This document shows, in pieces, positions 1 to 13,154 of a DNA stretch of 64,000 nt. The translations under genes were made by a program, and so were the position numbers. The notes beneath the pieces are model-generated. The model searched no databases. It saw only the letters and a program-made list of their open reading frames with translations, and was not told the origin of the DNA. Within the stretch, counting starts at the first letter, position 1; every line of letters starts with the position of its first letter. The stretch lies in NCBI GenBank assembly GCA_002633005.1, contig NMRA01000785.1:82573-146572 (forward strand), written 5' to 3'. The DNA is from Phoronis australis (taxonomy: Eukaryota > Animalia > Phoronida).

Positions 1-199
1 ATAAATACTATGAAGAAACGTACGGGAATGGTGGCCAGGATGAGGAAATGGGGTTGCACGAAAGCGAGAACAAGTTTGATGTCCTTCCGGCTGCGTACTT
101 TTCTACTTTGAGCCTTACGAACTGGATCCTCCCGCGAGAGAACCGGCCTCGGGCTCGGCGAGTCAACCCAGTCATCCAACAGACGATCCTGAATTAAGA

Positions 200-472
200 G
201 CCGATGTTTCTGAATGATAAATATTGTCCTTTATTGAACCAGGCCTTCATCGTAACATCTCCTGTGACTGGAGTTGAAACACGAGTCCTCAAAGTGGGCA
301 AAACACAGAGTGGCCCCGGACCGAATCGCTTGGTCCACGATGAGGTCCCACACTCTCGTTCGGCGCACGAAGCGATGTCACTTCAGCGCAACTTTGGTGT
401 CCTTCGGAACACCGAGACGTTCTCCGCCTGTCTGCTGTTGCTGCAGCCTCCGGCAACATATCTTTTGATCCC
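200..472 (-). pseudogene. Degenerate THAP zinc-finger coding relic
   Basis: The minus strand reads KRYVAGGCSNSRQAENVSVF, then after a frameshift (P)KDTKVALK*HRFVRRTRVW...LCFAHFEDSCF (276-308). This matches the THAP pattern C-x4-C...FP...W...C-x2-H-F...F. The first Cys codon is TAT and the conserved Trp position is TGA (378-380). Confidence 0.7.
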
Positions 473-1001
473 TCTACGAACCTTCTCGACGCTAAATGTA
501 CTTTGCTTTCACTTCACTCTATACACTTGGTCTCTGATCCGAACAGTATGGCAAACGACTTGGGTTCAACCCATGACGTTGTACATAATTATTATTTTTT
601 TCAATTTTTGCGTGTTTCTTTATGAGCTGTGCACTAAAGGCACTGAAATCAAGTAAGATATAATAATAAAATTTATTTTGAGGTACTAGAGTCATGTTGT
701 GTACACTTTAAAACTGAATAGAATTGAAGTAGAAGTAGATAGGCCTGTCTTCCAAAAGGACACATTTTAGAAGGGTCGTTTTCCACGTGAAATGTGTATG
801 TTAGTGTGAGTTTATTTGCCACCATATCTTGATTATTTTAGAAAAGAAATAGTTATTCCAACACATGACGTCACGATTTCCCTCCAAAACACCACAATAG
901 TCAAACGTCAGTAATGCTGCTTCGCGGAGTCCTTCTAGAGTCAACACTACGCAAAAGCTAGTCAAATAGTGACTAGCTTTTGCTGCGTTCTATAGTACGC
1001 G

Positions 1002-4000
1002 ATGACTTCGGTGATATGCGATCTGATACATTCATACAGGCAACTTCTTCTCTATCCAGACGGCAAACTACTCTCAGTGGACCAGCTATTCGCTGCCGTC
1101 TGTGATAGCATGCTGGTGCTGAACACCGATGCACGTCTTGCAGCAATCGTGGCCTCATGGCTATTCATATTTGGAACATTTAACTTCCTGTTTCCCAACA
1201 TGGTGAAAAGGTTGTCATGGCGAAAAGTAAGGCATTTCATTTTTCGAACTTGCAATTTAATGTCTTAATATTGTTTTAATAGCTTAAATTGTAAGATCAG
1301 TTTTGAAGGTGATGTTTGGGTAAGTATGAGTCCCGCATCATGCTCTGCAAACCTTTCAGTCGTCGATAATTCGACTCCGCACCACTCACACATTGCCTTC
1401 AAGTAAGTACACTGTATAAAACTTAGCGAATACCCGTCTCTGGAACAGAGCTGAAGGGCCACCGAAACGTTTTTCTCAAATTTGTGAAAGTTATAATTGA
1501 AACTTCTTTTAAAGCCTGGGAGACCACTTCAGGGAATACACTGATTTTCGAGTGGGACGAGTAGGAAATAAAAATATGAAGTAAAATAGAGAGCTTTGTA
1601 TACTTAGATTGAAAAAATAAATAGATAAAATAAATTGGTATATCCATTAGTTAATATGTGCATCAATCAAAAGAACGGGATATAATTACCTACATGTATT
1701 CGCTGCGTAAGTAGTAAGAAAATTGAATCCCCCGACATTTTCAGGCCCGTGGACGGGTCTTACCGGTTAAATTCAGCCTGATTTTATCTTTCTCTAACGA
1801 CAAATCAAATCGTCTGTCATCATTTTACTCTCAGTTTTTACCTTATGACGTCATGAAGCGACCGAATACAGCCAATGAGCCACAGTGAGTGCTTCGGTTC
1901 ATCAGCAGGCGGCTCCGAAAAAAACGAAAATGGCGGAGAGGCAAGCAAATAGTAAAACGTCGAATATGGGAGAGAATAAGTTGTTTAAAAGCTTGATTTG
2001 CGAGCAGTTTTATTTTCCGTATCGTTTCTGCAGACGCGTTTTTGCACTCGATAGTACTTTTGATGTGTTCAGGTTAATGCTAGATGTGCAATTCGAGTGT
2101 GGGCACTATGAACTGTCAGACCTGGTTATATCTTGCATCCTTTTGCTTCTCGGCCGCAATAACGACGAATAAAGTCACTTGCCATCTTATACATGCAATT
2201 CAAGAGCATGACTCGGTGACGTCATAAAAATAAGTAGTGGCCCTAAAGTCAAGCATGAGACCATAGTTTAGGGACTCACCAATAGGTGAAAATGACGTAC
2301 ACTGTATTAAACACCGTACAGTAAATGCCGTGCCACCTACTTAGCAAGCACTTTTGAAGCGCTTCATTTCCGTCCGTTCAAATTTTGAGGATAATTTTCT
2401 TCAGGTGATCACAATGTGAACGCGCACTAGTCAATATGTGACCCACCACGACAAAATGAGTCTTAAGTCGGAAACTCAATTTCCTGACAAGACTGCAAAC
2501 AGTCGCTATCGGTTAAAATTAGGTCAAATTTTTTTATTGCAGATTATGATTATTTATTCATTCTACTCCACAAAACAATACTTTAAAACGATCAAACTTC
2601 ATTTTAAACCTTATTTGTTTCATTTTGAAAAACATCACCTTCTCCACGACTGCATATCTCGTGAAATTTTCATCGAAATTTGCCGGTTTTCGTGTCCTCA
2701 TTGATCAGTCTTCCGATGACCCAATTTCGCTCGTAAACACATCAACAGAAAGGTCAAACTCTGCTCATTATGCATGTAGTAATCTCTTTGAGTTTTTCGT
2801 CCAATCATAAGTCGTTATTTCACTTTTNGCTCCGAAAAAACGAAAATGGCGGAGAGGCAAGCAAATAGTAAAACGTCGAATATGGGAGAGAATAAGTTGT
2901 TTAAAAGCTTGATTTGCGAGCAGTTTTATTTTCCGTATCGTTTCTGCAGACGCGTTTTTGCACTCGATAGTACTTTTGATGTGTTCAGGTTAATGCTAGA
3001 TGTGCAATTCGAGTGTGGGCACTATGAACTGTCAGACCTGGTTATATCTTGCATCCTTTTGCTTCTCGGCAATAGCGACGAATAAAGTCACTTGCCATCT
3101 TATACATGCAATTCAAGAGCATGACTCGGTGACATCATAAAAATAAGTAGTGGCCCTAAAGTCAACCATGAGACCATAGTTTAGGGACTCACCAATAGGT
3201 GAAAATGACGTACACTGTATTAAACACCGTACAGTAAATGCCGTGCCACCTACTTAGCAAGCTCTTTTGAAGCGCTTCATTTCCGTCCGTTCAAATTTTG
3301 AGGATAATTTTCTTCAGGTGATCACAATATGAACGCACACTAGTCAATATTTGGTGTCGAATGCGAGGCTGATAAACGGAGATGTGATTTAAAATCCTAC
3401 CACAAATTCGGCATCCAGGCAACCAACCCCGTTTGAGATCCAGGGTTGGTTTGCAGCCTATTTTAAAATATTGCTGTCGATCAGTCGACTGCAGCGGCTT
3501 GTCTCTGTACCACGAATACAGTAACCACAGGTGTGTGTGAGACCTAGTTTGACCCAGTACCTGTTTGGTGATAATCTGCCAAATAGGATATCCTACGCTA
3601 TTATACAGCAAAGGATGTAAACTGTAGAAGATAGAACATTTAAGTGCGTTTTATTCAACTATGCTGGAATTACTCCATAGCGACGACTTGGGGGTCGCCA
3701 GTTTAACATGCATTTTCGAAATCGCGTTATCCATAAAATTTTCAGCACAAACTCATTGACTTTTAAATCCAAGCAGGAACTTTGGGAATGGAAAAATGTA
3801 TTTCACAAGGACTCTCTAGCCAAGGATAATTTGAATTATCTGTCTATTTTTTTCGTTTTTAAGTGAATATTATTTGACAAAAATCCATCGTTCCGAGGGA
3901 GTGAGCTGAGAGAATCTATCTTTTTCCTTTTTTTCTTATGTGGCCACTAACGGGGAACAACGAGAAACTACGTTACTTCGATCAGATTCATAACAATCAT

Positions 4001-7000
4001 ACTGTTTAGCGTAGGAGATATTTTCCTGAGAGTCAACCGGCATCAAATATTTTAATAAACATGGCCAATCCTTTATAAGCTTAGTTTATGATACAGAAAT
4101 GTAATGTGCACGTATGCGCCTGTCAACTATCGCAGATAGATCAAAATTTAACCCAGACGGAATTAACTTTGTTAAGCCACCACATAACATCACAAAAAAA
4201 ACAAGTAATAAATGAACATACACCTTGTATTTTGATTTTAACTGAAACCATGTAATGCTTAGACAATGTGCGAAGTGATGCGCTTAAGTACAATCTGAAA
4301 TAAACCTTTGAGAAATTGGGTTTCTTGTTGAATTTTGACGTTTGAGGATAAAATTCGTGCAGCCACGATAAACTCAGGTGCCAACATTCAACAAAGGACT
4401 TGAAACCTCCTGTCAGCTCTAGATTAATAGCTACAACCGTTGATACATGTCCGTAAGGATTTCTGTTATGTAATCTGTTATGTAATCTGTTATGTAATCA
4501 CTTACTTATCTAATTAACTTATAGTAGAAAAAAATCGCAAAAATAGCTGGGGTGTGGTGTCAACGGGGTGGTGTGCAGGTGACGTCACGGTGAAAGCGAT
4601 GCCGACTGGGGTGGGGGTTGCGGGATAAAACGTAGTGTCGACCTAGGGAGATCTTGAAGTTGACCCTGGAGGAGAGTGAAGGTTTCGCTCACAGTTGTTT
4701 CGTGATTTGTCCCTAATAGCGGCCTTCCTACGCTGATGAGAGAAGCCATCTGCACGCTAGGGTTTTGCTTAATTTCGTCTTTTTAATCAGTACATGTTTT
4801 CGTTGTTTTGTTTTCTTTGACACAATTAAATAGCTTGTTGCGAGCATGAACATTTTGCGTTGTGAAAGTGTTTGTGTGAGTGGGTCTGAAAACAGATTGT
4901 ACTAACATTACTGTGAAGTGCATGTACGCGAATGTATATCTGTTCTACTGACAGTAACTACGACGAATAGTGTAACCTACTTCTTTACGACAGGTGCGTA
5001 CGACCGCGTTCACGATATTTCGCGTGCTGGGACCGCTCGTGCTTTTCTACTACGTCTGGATCCCAATTAATCGTTTGCTCTACTGGATGCTGTCGCAAAG
5101 GAAGCTTTTTAATCTTCCCATCTCTTGTCAGTGGCTTCCATTTTTCTCGCTATTCGTCGGCCTCGCATGGTTCGCCGCCTCCTGCAACTACCTGTACGAC
5201 CAGCGTCGCAGGAAACCGTGGTTCACTTGTTTTGCCAACACCCTCGGTAACGCCGGCAAGGTAAGTCTATGGCGAGCAACATTACAGTTTGGCAGGCAGG
5301 CGTACAAAATAGTAACAGCAAGAGCAGCAACAGAAGCAATTCTTAAGACGGTTTATGAAGACAAAGTGTAAGACCTAATGAGGAACATGTAAGTCGTTCC
5401 AGTTCCCACCTTCCCGTAGATTTGCTACGCACTGTTACTGTTCATATCTAAATGATTGCATATTAATGTAAAGGTCGGAATGGCAATGGCAGCTGCCGGC
5501 GTGACAAATAAAATCACCTTTGAAACCCAATATACATACTGTATATAAAAAATTTTCTACGGTACATGCCTCTTTTCATAGATGATTGCAATTACCATGA
5601 ACTCACTTAAATCAATATACATGTATGTAAAACACTACTTCACTAAACTGAACAAACAAGTCCTGGAAACCAACCGTACATGTAAATCTGCTCGCTGGTT
5701 CTCTGCGTGCCACTAGGTGGTGGCTAACTAGGGACACGTCGGGAACCAGCGAGGTAAATCTGTCGAAGAATCCAGTGAAACCCGACAAAACGCTTTGCGA
5801 TTATTTTGGATTGGGTCGCTCTGCAATTCGACTTCAGTGTGACCTTGTTTAGGACTCTATTGAGGAATAGCTCACTTTCAAATATCGTTCGTAGCATATT
5901 TTATAAGCGCTGTTTTCCCATTTACGCTTTTAGGAGTTCCTAAATTGATTTCCACGTTTGCATTAAGGTTTACCAAAACGACTTCAATACTTTTCTTGAA
6001 AAAGAAAACTGCTTAAAACGAAAATGAAATAATATAGAAAATTAAATAAACTAATCATATTTTAAAAATGTACAAATTTGTCTTACTGTCAAAGAACCTC
6101 ATTTCTCTGGCTACAATTTATTAAAAAGTTATTAAACAGATATTGCCTTACCCAGTTAATCATATTTCAATAAATGGATACTAAGTCAGAGTTCACATGC
6201 TTTTTACTTTCCGAAGGTGACCTAGTGTAAGCTAATTGAATTCAATATAGTTTTGAAGATGATTTGACTAAATACTGTTGAAGGGGATGCACATCAACTT
6301 AACGCTGATGCCAATCTATACATGTGTGTTACTTTCCATAAGATGAGCGTTTTTGAACATACGCGAGTCGCAAACAATTTTTTTATTTATACCTGTTACA
6401 CTTATCACACTTTGATATCAGCATAACCCTTAGTTAGTATTTGAGTCGCGGCTTATAAAGAAGTGTCTGTTGGTTTGAGTTCTTTATTGGCAACAAGGCT
6501 TTGCAATTTATGCTGGCTTGTCTAGGAGGATTAGCCTATTTTATTCGCCCGACACGGTCACCAACAATTACCGATTTTTTCTATAAGCTAGACAACCTAG
6601 ATATGCAAAAATTCGTGGTCTTCCTGACCCGTCACGGGCGTCCTTTGTAACAAATTTGGCTCACGTCAACCAGTGAATTTGAGCTGCACGTCCGATATAC
6701 ACCAAGGCTGCATCGGAAAAGTCGATGCGGTTTTCATTCATCAGTTACNGTAGAAAAAAATCGCAAAAATAGCTGGGGTGTGGTGTCAACGGGGTGGTGT
6801 GCAGGTGACGTCACGGTGAAAGAGATGCCGACTGGGGTGGGGGTTGCGGGATAAAACGCAGTGTCGACCTAGGGAGATCTTGAAGTTGACCCTGGAGGAG
6901 AGTGAAGATTTCGCTCACAGTTGTTTCGTGATTTGTCCCTAATAGCGGCCTTCCTACGCTGATGAGAGAAGCCATGTGCACGCTAGGGTTTCGCTTAATT

Positions 7001-10000
7001 TCGTCTTTTTTATCAATACATGTTTTCGTTGTTTTGTTTTCTTTGACACTATTAAATAGCTTGTTGCGAGCATGAACATTTTGCGTTGTGAAAGTGTTTG
7101 TGTGAGTGGGTCTGAAAACAGACTGTACTAACGTTACTGTGAAGTACATGTGCGCGAATGTATATCTGTTCTACTGTCAGTATCTACGACGAATAGTGTA
7201 ACCTACTTCTTTACGACAGGTGCGTACGACCGCGTTCACGATATTTCGCGTGCTAGGACCGCTCGTGCTTTTCTACTACGTCTGGATCCCAATTAACCGT
7301 TTGCTCTACTGGATGCTGTCGCAAAGGAAGCTTTTTAATCTTCCCATCTCTTGTCAGTGGCTTCCATTTTTCTCGCTATTCGTCGGCCTCGCGTGGTTCG
7401 CCGCCTCCTGCAACTACCTATACGACCAGCGTCGCAGGAAACCGTGGTTCACTTGTTTTGCCAATACCCTCGGTAACGCCGGCAAGGTAAGTCTATGGCG
7501 AGCAACATTACAGTTTGTCAGGCAGGCGTACAGAATGCTGTAGTGACAGCAAGAGCAGCAGCTGAAGCAATTCTTAAAACGGTTTATGAAGACACAAGTG
7601 TAAGACCTAATGAGGGACATGTAAGTCGTTCCAGTTCCCACCTTCCCGTAGATTTGCTATGCACTGTTACTGTCCATATCTAAATGATTGCAAATTAATG
7701 TAAAGGTCGGAATGGCAATGGCAGCTGCTGGCGTGACGAATAAAATCACCTTTGAAACCCAATATACATACTGTATATAAAAAATTTTCTACGGTACATG
7801 CCTCTTTTCATAGATGATTGCAATTACCATGAACTCACTTAAATCAATATATGTAAAACACTACTTCACTAAACTGAACAAACAAGTCCTGGAAACCAAC
7901 CGTTCATGTAAATCTGCTCGCTGGTTCTCTGCGTGCCACTAGGTGGTGGCTAACTAGGGACACGCCGGGAACCAGCGAGGTAAATCTGTCGAAGAATCCA
8001 GTGAAACCCGACAAAACGTTTTGCGATTATTTTGGATTGGGTCGCTCTGCAATTCGACTTCAGTGTGATCTTGTTTAGGACTCTATTGAGGAATAGCTCA
8101 CTTTCAAATATCGTTCGTAGCATATTTTATAAGCGCTGTTTTCTCATTTACGCCATTAGGAGTTCCTAAATTGATTTCCACGTTTGCATTAAGGTTTACC
8201 AAAACGACTTCAATACTTTTCTTGAAAAAGAAAACTGCATAAAACGAAAATGAAATAATATAGAAAATTAAATAAACTAATCACATTTTAAAAATGTACA
8301 AATTTGTCTTACTGTCAAAGAACCTCATTTCTCTGGCTACAATTTATTAAAAAGTTATTAAACAGATATTGCCTTACCCAGTTAATCATATTTCAATAAA
8401 TGGATACTAAGTCAGAGTTCACATGCTTTTTACTTTCCGAAGGTGACCTAGTGTAAGCTAATTGAATTCAATATAGTTTTGAAGATGATTTGACTAAATA
8501 CTGTTGAAGGGGATGCACATCAACTTAACGCTGATGCCAATCTATACATGTGTGTTACTTTCCATAAGATGAGCGTTTTTGAACATACGCGAGTCGCAAA
8601 CAATTTTTTTATTTATACCTGTTACACTTATCACACTTTGATATCAGCATAACCCTTAGTTAGTATTTGAGTCGCGGCTTATAAAGAAGTGTCTGTTGGT
8701 TTGAGTTCTTTATTGGCAACAAGGCTTTGCAATTTATGCTGGCTTGTCTAGGAGGATTAGCCTATTTTATTCGCCCGACACGGTAACCAACAATTACCGA
8801 TTTTTTCTATAAGCTAGACAACCTAGATATGCAAAAATTCGTGGTCTTCCTGACCCGTCACGGGCGTCCTTTGTAACAAATTTGGCTCACGTCAACCAGT
8901 GAATTTGAGCTGCACGTCCGATATACACCAAGGCTGCATCGGAAAAGTCGATGCGGTTTTCATTCATCAGTTACATTCTGCAACCGCTAGGAAATAAGCA
9001 TGTCGCGACATGACACAAAAAGCACTGTCCGCTGTATTGTTTCTGTAGTCCACTTACTTAAAGCAAATGCATGGGAAACTGGCAACAGGAACGACCCTCG
9101 CTACTGGACATCCTAGTGGCGAAATAAACGAACACGTCTTCAATTCTTTGTGCTCAACGTTCGCCACAAGGAATGCTCTTTTTCAGCTTTTAGTGGCTAT
9201 TGGCTAACTGTTGATAAAGCCAGGCATTCCTAGTAAACTACATATGCTAACGCAATCGGCACAAAGTGGTCTTCGTCGAGCAGACCGCCGGGCATAAGCG
9301 GACACGAGCAATCCTACCCGGAGCGTTCTGCAATCTACTCAAACATTCTATTTTTTGATTATTCAGAACTTGCGCTCTTAAGATTGCAGTCAAATTACAT
9401 TACGTGTTGATCTACTATAGCATTTATCGTGTTATCCACTTTTGAGTGACGTCACGATTGCCACATATCAATTGCCATCATTGTCACCAACACCATCGTC
9501 ATCATCACATTCATCGCCATCAGCGTCATCTTCATCGGCTGCGTTCACTGCTGCTGGCCATCAGTCATTATATAGAGGGTGCATCAGCATGCAAGGTCCA
9601 TCACACCCGAATCCGTAGTAGTAAGTTGGTCACTTCGAAGAACGCCAAGAGATGTCGTTAGTCATCAGCATCTTCTGCGTGTATTTTAATCTACAAGGAG
9701 CTGGGTAATTATATGCCAAAATTCGATAATCTGAAGCAGTAACTGGCACATTGCTTTGTCAAAAAAAAAAAACAAAGCTGTACCACATTGCGAAAAATGC
9801 TTTACCTGAGAAGCGATTGTTAAAGAAATTGACATGCTGCGCACAATAATAGAATCCCTATCTTTTTTCGGCTTACCAATGGACAAATTGAATTTTCCAT
9901 GACTTTCCTAAATATGCGCAGAGACTGTGTCCGGAAAAACTGATGGGGCTGATAAGCACGCCATCTCCAGGGTCCGAGAGCGAAGTGGAGGAGTCGCTAG

Positions 10001-10245
10001 AAATCGAGGAGTACCCAGATGTGTCCCCTCAGAAGTTGTCCCGGCGGTACAAAAGACGGAGGCGGGAAGCTAGCCGAGAGATGGTAAAAGAAAGGAGGCG
10101 GCGCGACCGCTACCTCAAGAAGCTGGGGATACCGCGCGAGGCGTTTCGACGACCACCGCGATCACCGAGGAGCTCACCCAAAGCGAGGCAGCGCGACTAC
10201 GTCGATGATGACGATGGTGGTGACAGGGTATTTAAGGTGACATAA
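1002..10245 (+). CDS. Uncharacterised 3-exon membrane protein (~271 aa; ~3 hydrophobic segments, acidic then Arg/Lys-rich C-terminal tail)
   Basis: Exons 1002-1226 (AAA|GTAAGG), 4994-5260 (acgacag|...AAG|GTAAGT; second copy 7220-7486) and 9922-10245 (atgcgcag|AGA...TAA). All junctions are phase 0 and total 816 nt. All 5 differences between the two exon-2 copies are synonymous. Confidence 0.65.
1912..3349. repeat. Tandem duplication (1912-2437 vs 2829-3349) at N 2828, probable haplotype artefact
   Basis: Near-identical ~520-bp copies; the second begins immediately after the N. Confidence 0.85.
4524..8974. repeat. Tandem duplication (4524-6748 vs 6750-8974) at N 6749, probable haplotype artefact
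   Basis: Two ~2.2-kb copies with scattered SNPs and small indels, separated by exactly one N. Confidence 0.9.
5691..5753. mobile_element. 63-bp miniature inverted-repeat element with 9-bp TSD
   Basis: Termini CTCGCTGGTTC...GAACCAGCGAG, flanked by GTAAATCTG at 5682-5690 and 5754-5762. Also present in the duplicate copy at ~7917-7979. Confidence 0.75.
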
Positions 10246-10623
10246 GCTAGGAAGGAGGTCTGTAAAATTAAGAACGTGTCCCTTGAAAAATGGTCAACCG
10301 AAATTTAATATCACTCCTCTACAACCAAGTGCATCGTGGGACATTCATCAGTAACTCGACTGCAGGGCACAAACTTATTTCACTTCGCCAAAATTTTGTC
10401 CCCGTGGGTCCAGTTTGCACATTCCTTTCTTTTTGCCAATGTCCAACCCTCGCAGCCGATCATGTAGGTGTGGGTTTTGATGTTTCGTAGAAAACCGGGC
10501 GTGCGGAAGGCAGCCACCAGATACACGGGTGGCCAGTCAGCATAGTTTCACGAGAAAGGATATTTTAGACTTTTAAACACGTTACGGGTGTAACGCGTCT
10601 AGGACATAAGTTTCACCTTCAGT

Positions 10624-10852
10624 GGCCGGTTGCATTAAACTGCCCCAGAATAGGGAGTCAACTACAGTCCCTAAGTCTTTTTGCGTATTTGTGTCTTTAT
10701 GGACTCACAGATTCAATATATTTCTATCATTTCGTCATGCAACTAAAACAACACAAGGATGAGTAATCGATATTTTCACAAGTCCAAAAATACGCAGTGG
10801 GTTAAGGGAACTTAGTTGAGTCCCTATTTGGAACTGTTTCATGCAACCGGGC
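10624..10852. mobile_element. PIF/Harbinger-like MITE (GGCCGGTTGCAT...ATGCAACCGGGC) with 3-bp TSD AGT
   Basis: Imperfect TIRs of ~30+ bp and AGT on both sides. Related termini occur at ~12401-12475, ~21000-21062 and 22699-23109. Confidence 0.65.
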
Positions 10853-12504
10853 AGTGGAGGCATTTGTAAACTTAAATTCATTCCGGTGCGAAATTGTACT
10901 CATTGGAGGATGCAACAATAATGCAAGAAACTCCTACCGGGGACCGTTAAAACCGGAGAAACAACGTTATCAACATTCCCTCTGTAATCCACTGTATGGA
11001 CATTTGAGCCCTTCAAAATCCCTACACGGCTACCTGAGTTTCTGGTATCTCAGCCGCCCCCCGGACAGTAAATCGTACCAACCTTACCCCAATTTTCGAC
11101 AGCTTGCGAGAACACGCAAGGTAAGAAATATTAGATTTGTATACAACCATCAGGTGAATTTGGCGGTTGGCGACTGTCGAGAGTGAGCCTCAACAATTTC
11201 TCACAAAAGTCTACCCGACTTTTCGCTGAAGCAGTCCAATTTTGTAGATATAAACATGTAAACCAGAAACCAATGAATCTTTGAACGTTAGCAGAAAAAA
11301 AAGAATAATTTGGTGTTTCGGTTCCCCACATACCAGCACAATATTATGAAAGGCACGCACATCCCCTCTATTGCGTTTCTTATGGGCCCTTCATATGAAA
11401 AACAGGTCTTCAGTTCCAAAGAAATAACAGCCTTGACAGTCTTTGAAAGTAGCTATCGTTTTATTTACTGTTAAAAAAGTGATATTGTCTTGTAAAATTT
11501 ACGAATATAGTGGACTTCAAGTTCTCCAAACTTCCATCCTTTCGATGTGGGTCAACGCTGTTATTTTTATTTCGCAATACAATACATGTACCACTATTTC
11601 GGGCAGCTGTGCTTCACTGTGAACATGTTCTCTGCTGTTTCGACCAATTAACTATTTTATCTACTTCCCTATTCACTTATAGTTGACAGTGCCGAAACCA
11701 AGTATCCAATCAAACATCTCTGAGAATTTATCCAACATTCTGTCTAAGATCGTACTTAATATTGGACAGTCGAGATTTGGCAGAACGTTTTCACTTTAGT
11801 CCGGCGGAAGACTTTTTTGTTAACTGTACAGCCTGTGCAAAATGTTTTATTCGTTTCCAGTCAGGTCGCAAAATTGTGTACAAGCGAACTACAAAGACTC
11901 CACCAAAAACCACACGAACAGGAAAAGTATACGGCCAGTAAAGAAGACAGTGTGGAACAGGAAGTAAAAACACCGTCACGAGTGTAATCGAATATTTATG
12001 TACCGTACTCCACCTCAATAGACAAACGCTCGTATAATTAAGCTATAGGTAATATCCGGAGATCATGAATAAACGTACTAATCCGTCTGAGGTTCACTTC
12101 TTGTTTCCAGTTCACGCGCTAGACATCCTAACACATTCCAGGTCATTTGAGAAAAAGTGTGATGTAGAATTTACATGAACGTTTTTGCATGAATAGTCAA
12201 AATAATGATAAAAAATGAAATTTCATACCAAGAGGAAATCACCTTAAATACGAAAATTCCAAGCCATGCACATCGGTTATTCGTTTGTGATTAGACTTCG
12301 AACACATTCGTACAATTTCGGAAATCTTTAAAGACGCCAAGGTCCCACATACTCGTTGTGACAGCTGTACGTTTCTCAGTGGCTCGATTTGGCGACCTGA
12401 GCCCGGTTGCATGAGGCAGTCTCAAATAGGGACTAGAGTATTCTCCGAATTAACTGCGTATTCGTAGGCATTGGTAAAAATTCTTTCTTATGACGCGTGT
12501 TGTT

Positions 12505-12713
12505 CATGCGCGCACCCGGGGGGAGGCAAAGTGGGCATCTGAGAAACAGAAGTCCGAGAAAATGAGACAAAAGTCCACTAAATTAGCACAACCGCGCAAC
12601 TCACAGTGGTGCTCCCATTTTTTTATTTATTTAGCTCACACGCTTTTTTATTACAAATGATCCACGTCGGGAATATTTGAGCCCCCCTATATTGAAGGCT
12701 GGGTGCGCGCATG
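12505..12713. mobile_element. Non-autonomous TIR element (CATGCGCGCACCC termini), 5-bp TSD TTGTT
   Basis: Perfect 13-bp TIR with TTGTT on both sides. Internal sequence is shared with 15423-15687 and ~37134-37345. Confidence 0.8.
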
Positions 12714-13154
12714 TTGTTACAAGGTCAATTAGATTGACAAGTTGAATTCTCAATATCAATGAAATTAAGGACAGATATTTTCACTCACTCTCCAAACTGA
12801 ACTATGTGCACAATACAGATAAAATGATAGAAAAACATGGGAACGATAAACGAAACACGCAAGAGGTCTTATTTGGGACAGTTTTGTATTGGGAACTACA
12901 GCTCGCCAATACCAAGTATCTAAGTCTATCCCTTTCCCTTGAATTCTTGTTCATGTTGTGCATGTAATCGCCACAAATGCAGTTTGGACGAAGTGGCATT
13001 AGAATCCGAACTAAAGGTAACTTGGTTAACATAACACAAACACAACACAACTCTTCTTTAGAAAATGACATGTTATTACCTTGATTTTGACACGTTACAT
13101 GATACGATGAATGAGAATGAGTATTTACAAAAGATGTCCATCAAACGGGCTCAT

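Noticed and set aside
204-656. 150-aa plus-strand ORF
   Set aside because: It is the antisense shadow of the THAP relic running into AT-rich sequence, with no motif.
1885-2172. ORF repeated at 2846-3085
   Set aside because: It lies in an intron within an artefactual duplication, looks transposon-derived and has no recognisable protein motif.
9446-9661. His-rich 71-aa ORF
   Set aside because: It derives from a degenerate (CAT)n low-complexity tract inside an intron.
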